From positions 1 to 64,000 of the forward strand of contig OZ025724.1 of the NCBI GenBank assembly GCA_964019335.1: DNA of 64,000 nucleotides, written 5' to 3'. How positions within the stretch are numbered: the first letter of the stretch is position 1; every line of letters begins with the position of its first letter. The DNA comes from Diplonema japonicum. Lineage: Eukaryota > Protista > Euglenozoa: Diplonemea. The position numbers and the translations under genes are program-made. Below, piece by piece: positions 46,425 to 57,214 of the stretch. A model generated the notes under the pieces. That model did not search any database and was not told where the DNA came from. It was given only the letters and a program-made list of their open reading frames with translations.

Positions 46425-46637
46425 TTAAAAAAATAAAAATATAAAAAGTAAGCCGCTCCTATGTCGATTTGCGAGCTTTAATTTTTCGTTCGCATACGTG
46501 AGTGGGTGTGTGTGGGAGGGGGGAATTATCTTATGTTAAAACTGCTTTTCATAAAAGGGCTTAAACATTGAATTTTTCAAAATCTTTCATGCTATTCAGG
46601 CCGCATATGGTCCTATTTTTCACTATTTTCTGAGTCG

Positions 46638-47924
46638 TCAGGAAATGACACAACATTCAGCATTTCTACAGGTTACCTGCTTCACAGGGGGACCCTGGTG
46701 CCGTGTCGGTTTTGCTGATTGGGGTTGTTGAAGCCTGAGGAATTCCACAACATCTTTTCCATTTTCCATTGCGGTCCCCGAAAGAAAACCGCTCCCCACG
46801 ATGGTGACACGGCGAAGGGGGCTCAGATCAACAGTCTTCAGGGACTCGCACCTCTTGAGAAAACTGTCCTTAATTGACGTCACGTTTCGCAAAGGACCCA
46901 GATCCACAGAGGTCAACGATTCACAGCCAGTGAGAAAATTGTCACCGACCTTCGTTATGTTCCGAAGGGGACTCAGATCCACCATCGTCAGCGCTTTGCA
47001 GTTCTGTAGAAAATAATCCAGCTGGGGGTGAAGCGCAAATGTGCCACGCAGGGGGCTCAGATCAACAGATCTTAAAGCCTCACAACGGGCCATGAATAAG
47101 CAGTGGTTCATACTGGTCACATTCTTCAAGGGGCTCAGATCCACAGAAGTCAATGAGGCGCAGCCACAGAGAAAACAGCTGCCGACGGTGGTGACATTGC
47201 CAAAGGGGCTTAGATCAACAGTCTTCAGAGACTTGCAGTTCCATAGAAACCAGTCCCCAACTGACTGAACATTCTGCAAGGGACTCAAATCCACAGATGT
47301 CAATGATTCACAGCCTTTGAGGAACTTATGCTTCACCACTGTGAGGCTCCGGAGGGAACTGAGTTGAACAGTAGTTAGGGATTTGCACTCGAAGAGAAAA
47401 GAGTGCCCAACAGACTGAACACCCTGCAAGGCCGACAGGTCCAAGGTGACGAGTGAGGAGCCAGACAAAAAGGAGTCCCCAATAGAGGTCGCACCGTCGC
47501 TCAGGGTCCACACCTTGAGGTGACGAAGCTTTGAGGGAAGCTTGCTTGTGAGTCCATCATCAAGACAGTCCAGACCAGTGACATCCACCGAAAGAAGAAA
47601 CTCGGGATTCTCCTCAAGAATCCCTTTGATCTCCTCTCCTCGCCTCGGGAGGTCCACATGACTGACATCAAGTGTTTTGCAGAAAGCGCACAAGAGAAGC
47701 TCGCTCCCCTGCTCCATCCCCAGCTGCTGTATCTCCTGTTCCCCACTGCCAGATGTCTCATTATCCAAGACCACCCCTTCGAAGCGCAAGAGGAACGCTC
47801 CCACCTCCACTGCAGAAGCCTCAGCCGCCTTCCTGTACAGGTCCTTCACCCTGTCAAGCCCAGACAGCTCCACCTCGTGCACCACATCCTCGTCGACAGT
47901 CCTGATCAACACTGCGAGGCTCAT
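46638..47924 (-). CDS. UBL + BspA-type LRR + CaaX protein, copy 3 (intact)
   Basis: Start MSLAV at 47924, about 9-10 LRRs, C-terminus CCVIS. Confidence 0.88.
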   Translation of the reverse strand: MSLAVLIRTVDEDVVHEVELSGLDRVKDLYRKAAEASAVEVGAFLLRFEGVVLDNETSGSGEQEIQQLGMEQGSELLLCAFCKTLDVSHVDLPRRGEEIKGILEENPEFLLSVDVTGLDCLDDGLTSKLPSKLRHLKVWTLSDGATSIGDSFLSGSSLVTLDLSALQGVQSVGHSFLFECKSLTTVQLSSLRSLTVVKHKFLKGCESLTSVDLSPLQNVQSVGDWFLWNCKSLKTVDLSPFGNVTTVGSCFLCGCASLTSVDLSPLKNVTSMNHCLFMARCEALRSVDLSPLRGTFALHPQLDYFLQNCKALTMVDLSPLRNITKVGDNFLTGCESLTSVDLGPLRNVTSIKDSFLKRCESLKTVDLSPLRRVTIVGSGFLSGTAMENGKDVVEFLRLQQPQSAKPTRHQGPPVKQVTCRNAECCVIS

Positions 47925-48257
47925 GGTTTCTTTCCCTCCCCCGCCCAGATGAGACTGTTTTGCTTGCAGGTACGCATGCAGAAAAAAAAATATAAAATAG
48001 AGAAAAAAAAAGTTTTTTTTTTTACGGCACTCAAAAGAAACAGACAAAATGGAAGAGACGGGGAGCCATGGGCTTCAGGAGGAGTACATACACGCAACAT
48101 GACGATACTAGCAGTTCGAAGGAAAAGAAATAATGTTTAGCTCCTCCCCCCCCCTTCCTTCCCCGGAACAAAAAAGAAAAAGCGTCTTCTCACGTAATAC
48201 TGTGAAAAATAAAAAAAAGAAAAGGAAAAACGTTTTTACTACTTTCCCCTCCTTGTA

Positions 48258-49847
48258 TCAGTAGCCACCCTGGTCACCGAATTTTGCAAGGATCTCCGAA
48301 TTGTGCGGGTTCTCAGAAGGGATGAATCCTGGCTGCGTGGAATTTATCTGCAAAAGCTGCTTCCATATCTGCTGCGCGAAGAGGGAGTTGGCGATCTGAT
48401 TCGGGTGAAACCCATCAACGGGCTCAATAAGCTCCCACGTCTGACCCCCCTGCGCGTTCCATTCCGCGACGGCCGCCTTCAAAGGGTAATCCATATAAGC
48501 AACCCGAATGTTCGAAAGGTTAAGCTTCGGTACCTCCTCACGCCAAGCGGTGTTGAGCTGCGTAGCCCGCTCTGTTGTAACATTACGAAGAGTGGCATTG
48601 GTGTTCATCCACCCAGTGCAGGGTGAGATCTGAAGGCAGTTTAAATACGTATAAAGGTCTTTATACTTCACCACGTGATCGACATGTGAGATAGGATGCA
48701 CACGATCGGCCATATTGTCATAGAGAATTCTTCCATCGACCAGTCCGGTGGTGTACACACTGCTCCCAACAGGCAGCACTTGGTCAAGGTACTCAACCGT
48801 GGCTGCCATGTACTTTGCAAAATCGGCAGGTTTTGTCATGTGGGCAACTGTGTCCGGGTGGCCGTTGCACACGTCATTTCCTATCAAGGAGAGCGTAACA
48901 AGAGCAGGCGAATCCATACCCCGAACCCTGGACATCGATTTCACAATATCGTTCATCGCATGCGCCCTGGCGCCATTCACACCAATATTCTGGTAATCCC
49001 TGTGGTTGCACCTATTAAGCCCGAACATTCTAAGGTACAGGGAATCAACAGGCCCTGTTATAGTTCCATTCCACGTTGCGTTGAGGTGCCCTGTGCCCCA
49101 TGAAAAGTGCGGCCAGTCAAGTTCATTTTCAACGGCAAACCTGGTGTGATTGAAGTTTAGGACGTCGGGTTCAAACCACCCTGCTGGGATGTGGAAGTGA
49201 GCCGTCGCGGAGTCGCCGAGGGAAATCACGCCCATTTTGTTGGTGTTCTTGCATAAGCGGTCTTCTTCACCGTTGGTGATTCCGTTGCAGTTGGAATCGA
49301 TGAAGAATTCACCATCAGAATCGCGGCCTGGGTGGATGTTCTTGTCGATGTCGCTGCAGTCCTTTCCTTTCCAAGAGGAGCCTCTGAAAGTTTGTATGGT
49401 GCTGAAGCCATCGCCGTCGATATCTTCTATAGCACGGTGGTTATTCGCAAAGTTGTTGATAAGGTTGCAAATAGGTTCAAACACCGTTGAGTTGCACAGT
49501 TCAGGCTCTGCATTCACAACAGGGAAGTCCCTCGTCACAGGGGGTTTCGGGGGTGATGGGTACAAATGGCAGAACTCCCCGGTTTCCATGTTGCAGAATT
49601 TCAAGTCCAGACACGCTGTGTCCGGTGTTGCTCCTTCTTTTCTCAGGGCGTCTTTCAGGGCGATGAGGAAGTCTCTGCATAGGTCCCCTTCCGGGCCTTT
49701 TTTGCACAGTTTCTCGAGGTCCTCTTCTTTTCTCTGCAGCTGGATCGCTGCGATGCACGTGCACGCTACGCAATCGCTTCCCCCGTTTACACCATTGCCC
49801 ATGGTTACCCCGACGGTGAGGAGCAGCAGAATGAATGCTTGCTTCAT
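48258..49847 (-). CDS. AOAH: Acyloxyacyl hydrolase (saposin-like + SGNH/GDSL lipase)
   Basis: Signal peptide, saposin Cys pattern, FRGSSWKGKDC, LGDSATAHFHIP, NRCNHRDYQNIGVNGAR, IGNDVCNGH, EPVDGFHPNQ and C-terminal FGDQGGY. Confidence 0.93.
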   Translation of the reverse strand: MKQAFILLLLTVGVTMGNGVNGGSDCVACTCIAAIQLQRKEEDLEKLCKKGPEGDLCRDFLIALKDALRKEGATPDTACLDLKFCNMETGEFCHLYPSPPKPPVTRDFPVVNAEPELCNSTVFEPICNLINNFANNHRAIEDIDGDGFSTIQTFRGSSWKGKDCSDIDKNIHPGRDSDGEFFIDSNCNGITNGEEDRLCKNTNKMGVISLGDSATAHFHIPAGWFEPDVLNFNHTRFAVENELDWPHFSWGTGHLNATWNGTITGPVDSLYLRMFGLNRCNHRDYQNIGVNGARAHAMNDIVKSMSRVRGMDSPALVTLSLIGNDVCNGHPDTVAHMTKPADFAKYMAATVEYLDQVLPVGSSVYTTGLVDGRILYDNMADRVHPISHVDHVVKYKDLYTYLNCLQISPCTGWMNTNATLRNVTTERATQLNTAWREEVPKLNLSNIRVAYMDYPLKAAVAEWNAQGGQTWELIEPVDGFHPNQIANSLFAQQIWKQLLQINSTQPGFIPSENPHNSEILAKFGDQGGY

Positions 49848-50017
49848 TTTTTTTTTTTTTTTTATTCCCCCCGCCTTTTTTTTTTTTTTTCAAAATTGTC
49901 ACAAAAAAAAATAAAAAGCGTTAAAAAAGAAAAGTTGGTTTGGTTTTGTCTTTTCTTTCCCCTCTGTTTTTGCGGAAGCAAATAAACAAAAAGAAAAAAA
50001 GAAAAAGAAAAACATAA

Positions 50018-50510
50018 GAAACTCAAAGTGCAGGACAAACCCCCTCATGGAGGGCCGCCCTTGGGTGGGTTGGGGGGGGCTATCTATTTATACTCCCCTT
50101 CTGGAGCATTGCTTTCGTTCCAATCGAGGCCTTGAGCGTCTTGCGGAGTCGTGTGATGCGGTCCCGCTTGTAGTCGGCTTTCAGTTCCATCAGCTTGTCG
50201 TGCGTGGAGTGGGTGGCGAAGATGGGCCTCCTGACGAAACCTCAGAGCTGGTGTCCTTCACCCATCGTAGCTGTGACAACCACTGCTGCAGCGGGTTCAG
50301 GTATTCCGAGACGATATCACCTTCGAGCTCCCCTGCCGTCGGCACGAGGCATCTCCTTCCCTCCACATTGCGTACCCACGGCAGCGGCTGTGTGCTGGAG
50401 TTGTCTATTTCCATGAGCTCCACTCGTCTCGTTTCCCGACCGGCAGAATCGCGTGCAGCTCCACCATTCTGTCAAGTGCTTGTGCACAGGCGCACTCGTA
50501 CAGCTGATGG
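50018..50510 (-). mobile_element. Deleted 3' relic of the full-length 21910-28745 retrotransposon
   Basis: Near-identical 3' UTR (actcaaagtgcaggacaaaccccctcatggagggccgcccttggg) and ORF2 C-terminal segments with internal deletions. Confidence 0.9.
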
Positions 50511-50646
50511 CGCGAGAAAAAAAAAATATAATAAAAGAAAAATTATCATTCTTTTTTTTTAAAAACCCCCCTCCCCTTATCTATAAACATTATTAATGAA
50601 TGTTGGTTTTCCTATTTCTTATTTACATCACCCCACCCCCCGTCGG

Positions 50647-51672
50647 TCAGCCATGTAAAGAGTGTCGTTGTTCATGGCTGCTGCACACGCTCACTTGAGA
50701 GGGTGACCTCTTGATGCCGCCTGACTTGACAGCGAAAACGATGGAACGCTTGCGCCGCTCCTCCGCAGCGGCCCCGCGTTGCTTGTCAATCTCCTTCTCC
50801 CTGTCTTTGCGGTCCTCGAATGAGAGGAAGTGCACGATGGCGGCGCTGACCTCGTCCTCGAACCCCTTCATGAAATTCAAATTCTCGTCGCAAGCAGACG
50901 ACAGCCACAGGAAGCGAACATCAGCAGGGATCGCCTCTTGTATCTTGTTCGCCATCTCGTTACGAGCCTCCGGCTGAGGTGAGTAAGAGTCGGCCAAGCA
51001 GAAAATAACCATACACGGCACATTCACATGCCCCAAGACCATCGACATGTCATCAGCACACTGAAGCGGGTTGAAGAAATCTTTCACGCAATGCCTGCCT
51101 CCCAACGCCATGTACCTGAAAGCGGAAATGGGCCCAGGGTGCACTGTGCTCGGCATCAAATTATTGCCGAGCCCCTGTCTTATAAGCCTCATGGCGTGGT
51201 CTTTGGATTGCTGGATGGACTCGTAGTCCTTCTGTTCCACCTCCGGGTCGCGTAGGCCGCCTTGAAGTATGATTCTGTGGATCATGTGAGCGTGGGTACC
51301 GGATTCTAAATAGTTGAGAACATCCTGCGCGCCTGTGCTGTACCCGAGCAGTACGACAGATCTGACTGATAAATCGCTTAGTTTGGAGAGGAGGCATTCC
51401 AGGTCCTCGTTGTCATTCTCCAGAGTGGTTTCGCCGTACGCGGAGTACCAGCTGCTGAATAGCGGCTGCACTATGCTGTAGCCGTCGTCCATGGCCGCGC
51501 ACGCCTCTGTCAGCTGGTCGACATAGTTGAGGGAGAAGAATGTGTCGCTCACACCACCGATGACGATGATGGCCTTCTGCTGGTCTCCGCACCTGAAGGC
51601 CGAGAGTCTCCTCCACGGGTTGTGGTTGAAGATCAACATGTTCCCTTTTCGAGTGTTCTCCGTCGGCATCAT
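50647..51672 (-). CDS. DUF1749/UPF0613-like alpha/beta hydrolase
   Basis: IIVIGGVSD, VQPLFSSWY.AYG...LENDNEDL, nucleophile elbow GYSTGAQD, IILQG and PISAFRY..L. Confidence 0.8.
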   Translation of the reverse strand: MMPTENTRKGNMLIFNHNPWRRLSAFRCGDQQKAIIVIGGVSDTFFSLNYVDQLTEACAAMDDGYSIVQPLFSSWYSAYGETTLENDNEDLECLLSKLSDLSVRSVVLLGYSTGAQDVLNYLESGTHAHMIHRIILQGGLRDPEVEQKDYESIQQSKDHAMRLIRQGLGNNLMPSTVHPGPISAFRYMALGGRHCVKDFFNPLQCADDMSMVLGHVNVPCMVIFCLADSYSPQPEARNEMANKIQEAIPADVRFLWLSSACDENLNFMKGFEDEVSAAIVHFLSFEDRKDREKEIDKQRGAAAEERRKRSIVFAVKSGGIKRSPSQVSVCSSHEQRHSLHG

Positions 51673-51822
51673 TTTTTTTTCTTTTTTCTTCTTTTTCCCT
51701 TTCTTTTTTTTTTTTTTTTTTTGGCAGAAATTGTAAACAGAAAAAAAAAAAAAAAAAGGACATGATTTCTACCGCCCCGCTGTAAAGTGGGGGGAAATCT
51801 TATTTCCTTTTGTTTTGTTTTG

Positions 51823-52167
51823 TCAACTGTCCGCACACCATAAGTAGTGCGGGGCAAAGTCAGTTCCGTGTGTAATAATCTTCCTGCCCCTCTGTCGTTG
51901 TGGGGAGTGGGACGTGGAATGACAAGGCGACGCACGTGTGCACACTGACCATGCGGGCTCCAAAATTCTATCGCTGTACTCGTTCCACCTGTGGTCCACC
52001 TCCACAGGAGCATCGTCGGTCTCGTGAGAGGTGCGCTTGGCAGCATTGCTGAATGCCCTGCTGCTCACATCGACTTCTACGTTCGTTCGCTTCTTTCTTG
52101 GTTTCAACAAGGCCTTCCCTTCTAAGAGATCCCGTGGTACTATGCTTTTTAAAGGGTCACTCTCCAT
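51823..52167 (-). CDS. Small hypothetical protein
   Basis: GC-balanced open frame between homopolymer spacers on the gene strand; no recognised motif. Confidence 0.45.
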   Translation of the reverse strand: MESDPLKSIVPRDLLEGKALLKPRKKRTNVEVDVSSRAFSNAAKRTSHETDDAPVEVDHRWNEYSDRILEPAWSVCTRASPCHSTSHSPQRQRGRKIITHGTDFAPHYLWCADS

Positions 52168-52716
52168 GTTCTCCCCCCTCTCCCTGACACAGGACAACAA
52201 TGGTATGAAAAAAAGGAAAAAGAACTAGAAAATAAAACACCCCGAAAGAAAGTTCGATCGTTCAACAGTCCGACACAAGTCAAACGGCATGATGATGGGG
52301 GGGGGGGGGGGGGGGTGTTCTGGTAAATTTTCCTCGGAATGAAATTGTTTTACAGTATAGAAAAATAAGGTACACGGTAACCAAATAACACTTTTTCCCA
52401 ACCTCTTTTCAACCGTCCCACGGTAACCTCCAACTTCTTTTTAAAAAGAAAGTGCCCCAACGGCTCAGGCGAAAGGTACTTAAGCAGAGCTTTGCCCTTC
52501 TGAGTGCTCTCGACCCTTTTTCTGCCAGATTATTCGTTTACAGTATCTCTTTTTTACTTTTCGCTCGAACCAACAGAAGACAATAATACAACAAGAGATA
52601 AGTACTGTCGAATTGATTGGTAAAGCTTGTCGTTTTGGTTGTCCATTGGAGCAAAGGCGGGAAAGCAAAGGTAAAAAGGTACAAAAGGGGGACAGGGAAG
52701 ATGCCCCGTGGAGTCA

Positions 52717-54117
52717 TCAGCAAACGATGCAACACTCTTTACTACGAGAACTCCGGAGTTTTGCTGGTTTTGGTCGCTCCTGTTGCTCCTCCTGTTGTGC
52801 TGGTTGCTCCTCCTGTTGTGCTGGCTGCTCCTCCTGTTGTGCTGGTTGATCCTCCTGTTGTGCTGGTTGCTCCTCTTGTTGTGCTGGTTGCTCCTCCTGT
52901 TCCTGTTGATGTCCCCGTAGTCTGAGGAATTCCACAACATCTTTCCTGTGTTCCACTGGGGTCCCTGAAAGAAAAGAACTGCCGCCGACGGTGGTGACAT
53001 TGCGAAGGGGACTCAGATCAACAGTTTTCAAAGACTTGCAGTTCTCGAGAAAACTGTCGCCAACTGACTCAACGTTCATCAAAGGACCCAAATCAACAGA
53101 AGTCAATGATTCACAATCTCTGAGAAAACCGTTACCGACATTTGTGATGTTCTGAAGGGGACTCAGATCCACAGTCGTTAGAGCTATGCACTTCCCTAAA
53201 AAAGATTGCAGCGGAAGCAATCCAGAAGCAAAGGTGTTGCGCAGGGGGCTCAGATCGATAGATCTTAACGAAATACAATTACACATGAAATCCCAATGAT
53301 CTAAGCTGGTCACATTCTTCAAGGGACTTAGATCCACAGAAGTCAATGAGGCGCAGCCACTGAGAAAAGAGGAGCCGACGGTGGTGACATTGCTTAAGGG
53401 GCTCAGATCAACAGTTTTCAGAGAGGAGCAAGAGAAGAGAAAACAGAACCCAATGTACTGAACATTCTGCAAGGGACTCAAATCCACAGATGTCAATGAA
53501 TGACAGAGACTGAGGAACCTATATTCGACAGTTGTGAGGTTCCGGAAGGAACTAAGATGAACAGAAGTTAGGGATTTGCAATCGTGGAGAAAAGAGAACC
53601 CAACAGACTGAAGACCCTGCAAGGCCGACAGGTCCAAGGTGACGAGTGAGGAACCAGACAAAAAGGAGTCCCCAATAGAGGTTGCACCGTCGCTCAGGGT
53701 CCACACCTTGAGGTGACGAAGCTTTGAGGGAAGCTTGCTTGTGAGTCCATCATCAAGACAGTCCAGACCAGTGACATCCACCACAAGAAGAAGCTCAGGA
53801 TTCTCCTCGAGACGCCTTTCAGCCTCCTCTTTCACACTCGGGAGGTCCACATGACTGACATCAATTGTATTATAAATACTGAACAAGAGAAGCTCGCTCC
53901 CCTGCCCCATCCCCAGCTGCTGTATCTCCTGTTCCCCACTGCCAGATGTCTCATTATCCAAGATCACCCCTTCGAATTGTAAGTGGAATCTCCCCACCTC
54001 CACTGCAGAAGCCTCAGCCGCCTTCCTGTACAGGTCCTTCACCCTGTCAAGCCCAGACAGCTCCACCTCGTGCATCACATCCTCGTCGACAGTCCTGATC
54101 AACACTGCGAGGCTCAT
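52717..54117 (-). CDS. UBL + BspA-type LRR + CaaX protein, copy 4 (intact, with a QQEEQPA repeat stalk)
   Basis: Start MSLAV at 54117, about 10 LRRs, 21-bp tandem repeat at about 52780-52905, C-terminus CCIVC. Confidence 0.88.
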   Translation of the reverse strand: MSLAVLIRTVDEDVMHEVELSGLDRVKDLYRKAAEASAVEVGRFHLQFEGVILDNETSGSGEQEIQQLGMGQGSELLLFSIYNTIDVSHVDLPSVKEEAERRLEENPELLLVVDVTGLDCLDDGLTSKLPSKLRHLKVWTLSDGATSIGDSFLSGSSLVTLDLSALQGLQSVGFSFLHDCKSLTSVHLSSFRNLTTVEYRFLSLCHSLTSVDLSPLQNVQYIGFCFLFSCSSLKTVDLSPLSNVTTVGSSFLSGCASLTSVDLSPLKNVTSLDHWDFMCNCISLRSIDLSPLRNTFASGLLPLQSFLGKCIALTTVDLSPLQNITNVGNGFLRDCESLTSVDLGPLMNVESVGDSFLENCKSLKTVDLSPLRNVTTVGGSSFLSGTPVEHRKDVVEFLRLRGHQQEQEEQPAQQEEQPAQQEDQPAQQEEQPAQQEEQPAQQEEQQERPKPAKLRSSRSKECCIVC

Positions 54118-54587
54118 GTTTATGTTTTTTTTTTTTTTGTTATGCTTGCTTTCCCTTTCTTTCTTTTGGAATATTGCCAGGAGAATGATTCGATATCCCC
54201 AAGCACTCGCGACTGAGCTGCGATGCAATCATATGCAAGTACCTTCAAAGTACGGAACAACCATAGATCTTCGGAAAATAAAAGAAAACGTAAAGAAGAA
54301 AGAGGAGGAGGGGAGGTATGTGGAGATATGCAACAATTTCGGTGAAACAAAGGAAAAGAGGGGGGGGGGGTCTTTATGTTGTCATCATATGTTACGGTTG
54401 CAGTTCACTGAGATGACTATGCTGACGTCCGTTCCACTCTCTAGTAGTAGTCCCTTCTGCTCTAAGGGTGGCAACCAATAACGCGATTCTTTATGAAAGA
54501 AAGAAACCAACGAAAACAGAAATTCAATAATATGTAAAAAACAAAAGTTCGATAATACTGTAAAACGAATAATGTCGGACGCGAAAA

Positions 54588-54726
54588 CTCCCAGACACCA
54601 AAAAAACCCGGACATTTTTCCGCCCGGGATTTCTGGGAAGAAGTCTTTTTGCATAAGGGGGGTAGCAGTTCCCACCACGTTTACCCGGAGGGGAAAATGT
54701 CCGGGTTTTTTTTGGCGTTTCCGGGC
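54588..54726. repeat. Imperfect ~40-bp inverted repeat (fold-back)
   Basis: ccaaaaaaacccggacatttttccgcccggg pairs with cccggaggggaaaatgtccgggttttttttgg. Confidence 0.75.
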
Positions 54727-55595
54727 TTTCCGGAGGTGGATTTTGTCTTTCTTGCTGCAAAGTTTGTCAGCCTAGCCAGTGGAAAAGGACAGTGCCCACC
54801 AAAGTCTACCAGGTTTGTCTTTCGGGCTGGATTGCACAGCAGCCCTTCTGCATAGGTGCATATTTGTTGTGCTGGGATAGGCTCGCCAAGCCCGTTTTAC
54901 CTATCGACTCAAGCAAAAACCCTGGCGGCCTCTGCCTCGGTCAGAAGAGGTTTGCGACCAACGGTAAAGGGGGCAGCAGCAGGCCCAACAGAGCCCCAGT
55001 TTCTTCCAGACGGAAATACTGGACGTTGCTATTTCCACCCCCTCCGCGAGATGCCACACCCTGCCGCCGTGGATAGCTGTAGCATCCTTCAGAGGCTGGA
55101 GCTGCTTTCGGGGGTTTGTACTGGCCTTCTTGGCCCGGTGTAAGGAGTTTTTCTCCTCCACCTCTCGGGGAGTGAGCTGGCCGGGGGTGTCAGCAACCAA
55201 AGTTGGGCGCTTCACAAGCCAGTTGTTCAACGTGCCTTGGGTAGTCGAACTAATGGTCAATTTGACGAAAGAAGTAGTGCATTGAAAGGGGGAAGAAAAA
55301 TTTCAAACTGCCACGCAGGGTAAACATTTTGGCTCTGTACAAGTCTGCACAAGGAGGAATTTTTCGTTTTACAGTACGTAAAAAAAGATAAAAGAGGCCA
55401 GTGCACAGTGGGGCGCACCTCGGCCGAGCTGTACCTTCTTTGTGCAGCTGATGTACTTCTTTATACCACCATGTTTTCCCACCACAAAAAAAAAGGGGGG
55501 AGGGGTGACGCCTTTGTTCTCATCTTCCACCTGCACCTAACAAGTGAGGGGTATGTGGCAACACAACGTTTCCGTCCCCGTATCCATTCTGTTTT

Positions 55596-55629
<34 letters not shown>

Positions 55630-55632
<3 letters not shown>

Positions 55633-56598
55633 ATGAGATAAAGGAGGTTCCTGTTTTGGAACGTCCCCCTTGTCTCTACTTATCTACCCCTTTCTCCCTT
55701 CTGGGGCCTCGGCCTTTCTTTCTTTTTTGGCTGTGTTGCCTTCCTCAAAGTATCCTCCCTTTCTTCTTGCCACTTTCTGCCCAGTTTCTTAAGGTCCTTC
55801 TTGGTTTTCTCTGATGCAAAAACTGGCCTTCTGTTCCATCCCAGACTCTTCTTCGCACCTATGGTTCTAAGCGCGTGGTTCTTCTTGCTCTCCGCTGGGA
55901 AGATCCGCTTGCCTCTGACCTTCTTCTGTATGCGTGCTGTGTCCCACCCTTCTTGGATTCTTTCCAGGAGGCCGTGGAAACTCCGCGCTTTCTTCTGTAT
56001 CATGTCTAGATCACCCTTCTTCCCCGTGATCGGCTCGACGCCCAGCGTGTTCTCGAAGTCTAGTACGAGTTCCATTGTGGTGACTGTCGTCTTCCTCGGT
56101 CCATCGTACCACTTCAGCTTTTTGAGCCACTTGACGATGTCTTCACCGTGCTTCATCATCAGGCTCCCGCTCACATGCTTCCTCAGCTCCTTCCATTCAG
56201 GTGGCGCATGAGCGTTTCCTTCCGTTATCTGTTCCCAGGGGTGCGTCGTGTACGTTTCTAGCTTTCTCTTGTCCTGGAGAAGCTGGTCCCGTTTTGCCAC
56301 CACTTCCAGCAGGTAGTATTGCGTCTTCCTCAGCCGGTGTTGGTGTGTTCGGTGACCACGCGGGAGCGTTCCATGTAGCTGCATGCAGATTGGCATTTCC
56401 GTCTTGTTGGCCACTACTTCTGCATGTACTTCCTTCTGTTGCACCTCCTTCGCCACACTGCATTCCCATAATGCGTGTCGCAGCATGTTGCTCTCGTCCT
56501 CCTCCGCACCGCACGCGTCGCATGTGACCTCGTCTGTTGTTGGTCTCTTGTTCACACGCTCGTGTGTCTCGTCCCCTTCCTCTTCCGAGCTGTCCTCG
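55630..56598 (-). mobile_element. 5'-truncated non-LTR retrotransposon (zinc finger + C-terminal domain)
   Basis: CDAC..HALWEC, KWLKKLKWY..VTTMELVLDFE, FPAE and GWNRRPVF. Confidence 0.88.
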
Positions 56599-56824
56599 AA
56601 AAAAAAAAAAAAACTTGGGAACCGCGAGGGGGTATCAAAAGCCCCCTTTGTTCGTGATACAATCGCTTCGTTGGCGAAGCCAGAAAAAAATGGCAGCATC
56701 ACCCTTTTACCCTCCCCCCCCCCCCCCCCATCCTCACAAGAATTTCGTTAATGCACACGGTATAAATCCTGACTTGTTAAGTACAGAAAGATAAAAAAGA
56801 AGAAAAGGAGAGCTAGCTGTGCTT

Positions 56825-56867
<43 letters not shown>

Positions 56868-57178
56868 ATTATGCAAGAACGAGTCTTTTGACTTGTCTAA
56901 AAAAAAAAAAGGGAACGTTGAGGGCCAGTTCCAAAGAAAAAAGATTCATCTATTTTTTGCGGTGCGCTGGTGCCCACTGGACCTAATACCTGCCGTAGGG
57001 TGGCATCTGCGCAAAGAACATCAGTAACTGTCTCTTGTTGTCTTTTGAGTATTGTCAAGATTTCCTTGCCCTCAGGCGGGGGGGGGGGGGGGGGGGATTA
57101 ATATTTTGGATCTCCCGAATTTTGTGTTCCGAGGATTATTTTTAATCTGAGGGTACGCAATGTGCCGTCGCATTTTGG

Positions 57179-57210
<32 letters not shown>

Positions 57211-57214
57211 AATC

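Noticed and set aside
52780-52905. Regular 21-bp repeats (also 32030-32105) and 75-bp LRR periodicity resembling CRISPR-like arrays
   Set aside because: They are in-frame coding repeats without unique spacers, in a eukaryotic context with no cas genes.
54790-55260. Possible transposase N-terminal or zinc-finger remnant
   Set aside because: Only a CWAC-like word and broken frames; not enough to assign.
56778-56790. 11-nt match to the SL core (TTTCTGTACTT on the minus strand)
   Set aside because: Too short to distinguish from chance.
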